This document shows positions 59,019-64,000 of a stretch of 64,000 nucleotides of DNA, one piece after another. Every line of letters starts with the position of its first letter. The first letter of the stretch is position 1. This DNA is from Chrysomallon squamiferum. Lineage: Eukaryota > Animalia > Mollusca. Location: contig CM022676.1 of assembly GCA_012295275.1 (NCBI GenBank), positions 2,666,001 through 2,730,000 of the forward strand. Direction: 5' to 3'. The translations under genes and the position numbers were made by a program. Below the pieces are notes generated by a model that saw only the letters and a program-made list of their open reading frames with translations, had not been told where the DNA came from and searched no databases.

Positions 59019-61190
59019 TTAATAATAATAATAAATAAATAAATAAATAAATAAAGTAAATGCACTTCACAGGTACTGATAGTATAAAAATATTAAAAGT
59101 AAGATTTTATTAATTCATATAAATAAAGGCTGCTTTCATTTTAGTAGCTTGATATTTTATTTAAAATTAAGAAGGTAATAAGGGTAGAATATTACGTTAG
59201 CTAGTTGAATAATTAAAGCAGTGCGTTTAATCTAATTTAAGCACGAATTAAATCTCTAATAAGATTGGTAAAGAGTTAATAAATTAAGAAGTTAATATAT
59301 TCTGTTAAACAAAATAATCAACACACTGAAGAATGATAAGAACATGAAAGGGGAAATAACTGTCGACGAAGCTTTTAAAACAATTCGTAAAATAATTCTT
59401 GAGGAAGCTTTCAAAACAATTCTTTCTTTCTTTTTTTTTTTTATTCATTGCGCTGATTTGTTGTTCTCTTTATTTTGTATAAGTGCAGTGTTGGGTGTCA
59501 TATATTTATAGTTCTGCAGTGGTTGTTTTATATTTATAGCTGAGTATCTTTATCAGGTATCTGTGTCAGGTACATGCGATGTTATCTGATTGATGCTGAA
59601 GAAAACTAATACACATATTCAGACGGTTACATTATATAATTTATTTTTGAAGTATATAAATACTCAGTAGTATTAAATACTCAGGCTTTCTTTCAGTGAA
59701 TTTGCTAGTGGGGTTATTCTTCTGTGAAAGTGTTTTTTTATTCTCATAAACTATAGGATTACTTAAGAGAGAAGACTGCAATACAGATATATAGTAACAC
59801 AATTACAGCGCTCATCCCGATCACTCAGGGGTTTGTTCACAATAGATTAACGTTGGCTGGACGAGAGTTTCAAATGGTGCCGGTTTTCTTATAGTAATTG
59901 TTTGAAGGGTCGTGAAAAAGCAACCAGACAGAGCTCAGTGAAGGAAGATATGTAGGACAGACACACAGACAGAGAGTAAGGAGACTTACACGAAGATGAC
60001 AACGCCGACTACCACGAGTTGGAACAGACTGAGACAAATAGCCGGTTCATTTCAATTACATGATTTCAACATGTTCAACGTATTAGTCGCAATATGATGT
60101 ACGTTGGAATTCGTGGCGAAGATTGAAATGTTCAAGTATATTGTAAAAATGATTGAGCTAAATTGCAGATATATTGTTTTCGTTATGTTATTTTCATGGT
60201 TTTGATTAAGTACTTTTATTTAATTATAGTGATAGATATATTATATAGATTCAATCGCTGATAAACAAACAAAGAAGTATATAGTTATATATAATATAAT
60301 ACATACATACATACATACATACATAGATAGACTGATAGATAGATACATGGATGGATGGATGGAGAGACAGACAGACAGACTGAGAGACACACAGACAGAC
60401 AGAAGATTAAAGTATATTATAACGAATCTTATGTCATAATCAAATAAATTAAACACTCATGACAATTTCAGTTTCAGTGGTATTTATAAATGATTAAGCC
60501 AATCTGTTACCTCATCAGCATGAAATAAGACAAAATTAAAATAAAATATTGCAAAACAGCAACAGAAAAGCTATTATTACAAATAGAATCAAGATTTACG
60601 ATAAGTGTTAATTGTTATTTATTTATAGTCACATTATTGGACTGCGAATTGAACTGAACCTTTTTGAGTTAAATGAATACATTTCTCAAGAGTGTTTATT
60701 TGATAAAAAAATAATGTCGTTTTGATCGCATCATCTAAGTGATTTGTATTTCATTAGATATAAACTATTTGTAAGTAAACTTAATGAATAAAAAAATGTA
60801 TCACAATTTCAGCGTCTCAGTATCTGTTTCACAATATAAACGACGTTGTTCGTTAGCACAATCAAATTACACTAAATGTAAAATATACTAAATGTGCTCA
60901 CCCGAAACAGAAATCAAAGTCTACTTGTTACAAACAAAATTAAACTTACTTGAATTTCAGTGGTAACTTCTACGTATGTGGTTCCTAAAACAAAAAACAA
61001 AATTATCAAATACGTAATCCAATAAGCAGAGTTCTACAACAAATGGCAAAACATACAGATTAACAAGTTGAAACTGGACATAACAACGTTATAGTCGCTG
61101 CTATTTTCTTCCATTAAATCATTTCAATTCAGTTGCCTTTTTAAAACAATTTTATTATACGTAGCATATAACATAACAATGGTTTGTTAC
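54418..61190. repeat. Segmental duplication, copy B (of about 37140-45950)
   Basis: Colinear near-identity with copy A. Confidence 0.9.
54662..58410 (-). CDS. Gene 5B: apparently intact leader + V-like Ig + Ig2 + stalk/hydrophobic C-terminus (tail-less or GPI-type receptor)
   Basis: Leader 58182-58128 or 58410-58356, V exon 57343-56942, Ig2 56498-56166, last exon 54822-54662 (RTSFKPSTKS..VECNKTAVTAVAVVSSVLLVVVSVFFVV*); all splice sites canonical and frame open. Confidence 0.85.
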
Positions 61191-61191
61191 A

Positions 61192-62457
61192 TACTTAAGA
61201 AATGAAGTAAGTAAATAAGTAAATAAGCAAGTAAATAACCTAAGTAAGTAATAAAGGAAGTATGTTCGAAAATAATCACCTAAGTAAGTACGTACGTAAA
61301 TAATTAGATAAGAAAGAAGAAACTTAATTAAGAACGTAAATAATTACTTAAGTAAGTACCGAAGAGAGGAAAGAGTACGTAACGTAAATAATTAACTAAT
61401 TAAGAAATAAAGTAAGTAAGTAAGTAAATAATTACCTAAGTAAGTAAGAAAGGAAGTATGTTCGTAAATAATCAACTAGGTAACTAAGTACGTAAATAAT
61501 TAGGTAAGAAAGAAAGAACGTAAGTAAGTACGTAAATAATTACCTAAGCAAGTACCAACGAGAGTTAGGACGTAAAAAATTATATAATTAAGAATTAAAG
61601 TAAGTAACTAAGTAAGTAAGTAAGTAAATAAATGTTTCCCTAAGTATGAAAGGAAGTATGTTTGTAAATAATTGCCTATGTAAGTACGTAAATAATTATC
61701 TAAGTAAGTAAGAAAGTAAGTAAGTACGTAAACAATTACTTGGGAAAGAAAAAATGCAAGTAAGAACGTAAATATTTACCTAAGTGAGTAACAAAGCAAG
61801 TAAGTAAGAATGTAAATAATTACATAATTAAGAAATAAAGTAAGTAACAACGTAAATAATTACCTAATTAAGACAAAAGTAAGTAAGTAAGAATGAAAAT
61901 AATTATCTACGTAAGTAATAAAGGAAGTAGGTTCGAAAATAATCACGTAAGTAAGTAAGTACCAAAGTGACTTAGTACGTAAATAATTACCTAATTACGA
62001 AATAAAGTAAGTAAGTTAGTAAATAATTACCTAAGTAAGTAAGAAAGGAAGTGTGTTCGCAAATAATCAACTAAGTAACTACGTAAATAATTAGGTAAGA
62101 AAGAAAGAACGTAAGTAACTATGTAAATAATTACGTAAGTACCAATGAGAGTTAGTACGTAAATAATTACATAATTAAGAGAAAAAGTAAGTTAGTAAGT
62201 AAATATTTGCCTAAGAAAGTAAGAAAGAAAGTATGTTCGTAAGTAATTACGTTAGTAAGTAAGAAAGTAAGTAAGTACCTAAACAATTACGTAAGTAAGT
62301 ACGTAAATAATTACCTAAATAAGCAGCAATGCAAGTAAGTACGCAAATAATTACCTAAGTAATTATGAAAGTATGTGTGTACGTAAACAATTACCTAAGT
62401 AATTGAGAAAGCAAGTTATTACATAAATAATTACCTAATTAATAAATAAAGTAAATT
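61192..62457 (+). repeat. AT-rich satellite array (core aagtaagtacgtaaataattacct)
   Basis: About 1.27 kb of degenerate short tandem units. Confidence 0.9.
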
Positions 62458-63431
62458 TTTACCGTACAGGGGATCTAGTCGTTTACAAGATCCATCATAG
62501 GGATTACACTGTTGAGACAGTAATTTATTATCGTAATGGTATAATTCTACCCGCATCAACTACGTAAACAACTGATCGACAAAGAGACCATTTTGAATTA
62601 TTTCTAAATTATTTAACGGTGTATTTTCCAATAATACCAAAAAAACAAATTCCAAATTCGGTTTTTGGTAAAATAACATTATCACTGAAATGAAAATTAT
62701 TTGATGACCAAATCACGATAAAATCAATATCATTATGCTAATTTATGTGTATGTGTGCGCGTGTGTGAGTTGTGTGTGTCGCTAATACGTCGCTAATAAT
62801 ACAGATTACGCTACGTAATTACTGCACCAAAATAAATAATGGCATCTTACTAAATCCCGCTTATCAAAGTAAGACCAAAGTTTCAAGTTTCTTTTCTATT
62901 ATCTCCATGTAAACGAAAGTGAACCTCGGGTTATGGAAGCCCTGGCTTGTCTCGTCTCTTGTTTTTCTTCAGATGCCACATTTACTTTTAAAATATTATC
63001 TGTAGTTAGTATCCTGAACAAAGAAATATCTACTGAAACATTTTTTTCACGGATATGTGGGTTTCAGTGTAGAAATAAAGACGAACTAATAAAACTTAAT
63101 CAACATTGATATATTTGAATATATTATATAACGAAGTAAGTGAAAATGTTATTATATTAGGTAAACGCGTTTGAAAAATGTCGTTTGTTATAATTGATTT
63201 TCTAAAATTACCATTGAAAATAAGTGAAGGCGTGATTTTTATATGATATGAATTGGTGATGTACTTCAGCAATTTTATTTCTGTTATTTATGATTGTTTA
63301 AAATCTGACAGCAGATAAAAAATTTAAAATACTCAAAACGAACATTTTTAACACAACATCTATTTTTAAAAAGTTTATAGAATTACAGAAAATCACAGTG
63401 TTTATTTATTTCGTGTTTTTGTCTGTTTCAG

Positions 63432-63631
63432 CTAAGCCAGGTGAAATTGAAATGATCGTTACACCAAAAATGGAGTTCAACTTCTATACTGTCAATGAAA
63501 CTGTACAGTTCGGGTGTAATGGAAATGTTGGTAACCCAGCCCAATCGTGGTCGTGGCAGTTGAAGTACACTGGTGACATGATGTGGATATCGTACCCATA
63601 CACATACAGAATCAAGGATGAACCACCTACA
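63432..63631 (+). pseudogene. 5' half of an Ig2 exon, truncated by satellite DNA
   Basis: tttcag|ct aag cca ggt gaa att..CNGNVGNPAQSWSWQLKY..RIKDEPPT, then satellite. Confidence 0.85.
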
Positions 63632-64000
63632 TTTATGTTCGTACTTACTTGCTATCGTACTGTATTAGGTAATTATTTACTGACTTACTTACTTACTTTG
63701 TTTCTTAATTAGGTAGTTATTTATGTACAAACTCATTTTTGTACTTACTCAGGTGATTATTTGCGTACTTACTTGCTTTATTACTTAGGTAATTATTTAT
63801 GTACTTACTTGCTTTCTTACTTAGTTGTATAATTATTTACGTACTTACGTTCTTTCTTTCTAAGCTAATTATATTCGTACCTACTTACTTTCTTTCGCAC
63901 ATACGTAATTCTTTACGTACTTACTTGCTTTGTTGTTTCCATAGGTAATTATATACGTATTTACTTAATTTCTTTCTTACTTAGGTAATTATTTACTGAC
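63632..64000 (-). repeat. Same satellite as 61192-62457 in reverse-complement orientation
   Basis: ttaggtaattatttac..gtacttactt units; runs off the window end. Confidence 0.9.

Noticed and set aside
63394-63422. CACAGTG heptamer + 12 nt + gtgtttttgt next to an Ig exon, resembling a V(D)J recombination signal
   Set aside because: The nonamer-like element is in the wrong orientation (an RSS needs ACAAAAACC) and is simply the polypyrimidine tract. The heptamer is not conserved at the other Ig2 acceptors, and there are no J-like segments.

Overview
AT-rich, intron-rich eukaryotic genomic DNA with abundant (AAT)n/(CA)n/(GA)n microsatellites. By inference only, it comes from an invertebrate, probably a mollusc or other lophotrochozoan. 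Most ORF-track entries are repeat artefacts; the real genes appear only when exons are spliced by hand. Almost the whole window is a rapidly turning-over cluster of immunoglobulin-superfamily (IgSF) surface receptor genes. (1) The 3' end of a + strand receptor (46-6347) has a Tyr-rich tail with ITIM-type motifs (SQYSVV, LLYVGI, plus VEYVST). (2) Facing it tail-to-tail is a complete minus-strand leader-6xIg-FN3-TM receptor (22935-10226) with two canonical ITAMs, disabled by two stops and other lesions. (3) A 5'-truncated Ig-Ig-FN3-TM gene (29172-26096) has a homologous ITAM. (4) An orphan module (34294-32046) has twin 102-nt TM exons and a Lys-rich tail. (5) A second family (37-64 kb) of leader-V-Ig2-hydrophobic-tail genes includes two recently duplicated copies whose V domains differ mainly in CDR-like loops, plus six leader exons, seven Ig2 exon copies in both orientations, a fold-back hairpin and a satellite-associated inversion. 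A LINE relic, a Sola2-like transposon relic, a probable MITE and several minisatellites are also present. The overall picture is a candidate invertebrate paired activating/inhibitory immune or allorecognition receptor complex. All exon models are manual GT/GC-AG and phase-consistent predictions without expression data.
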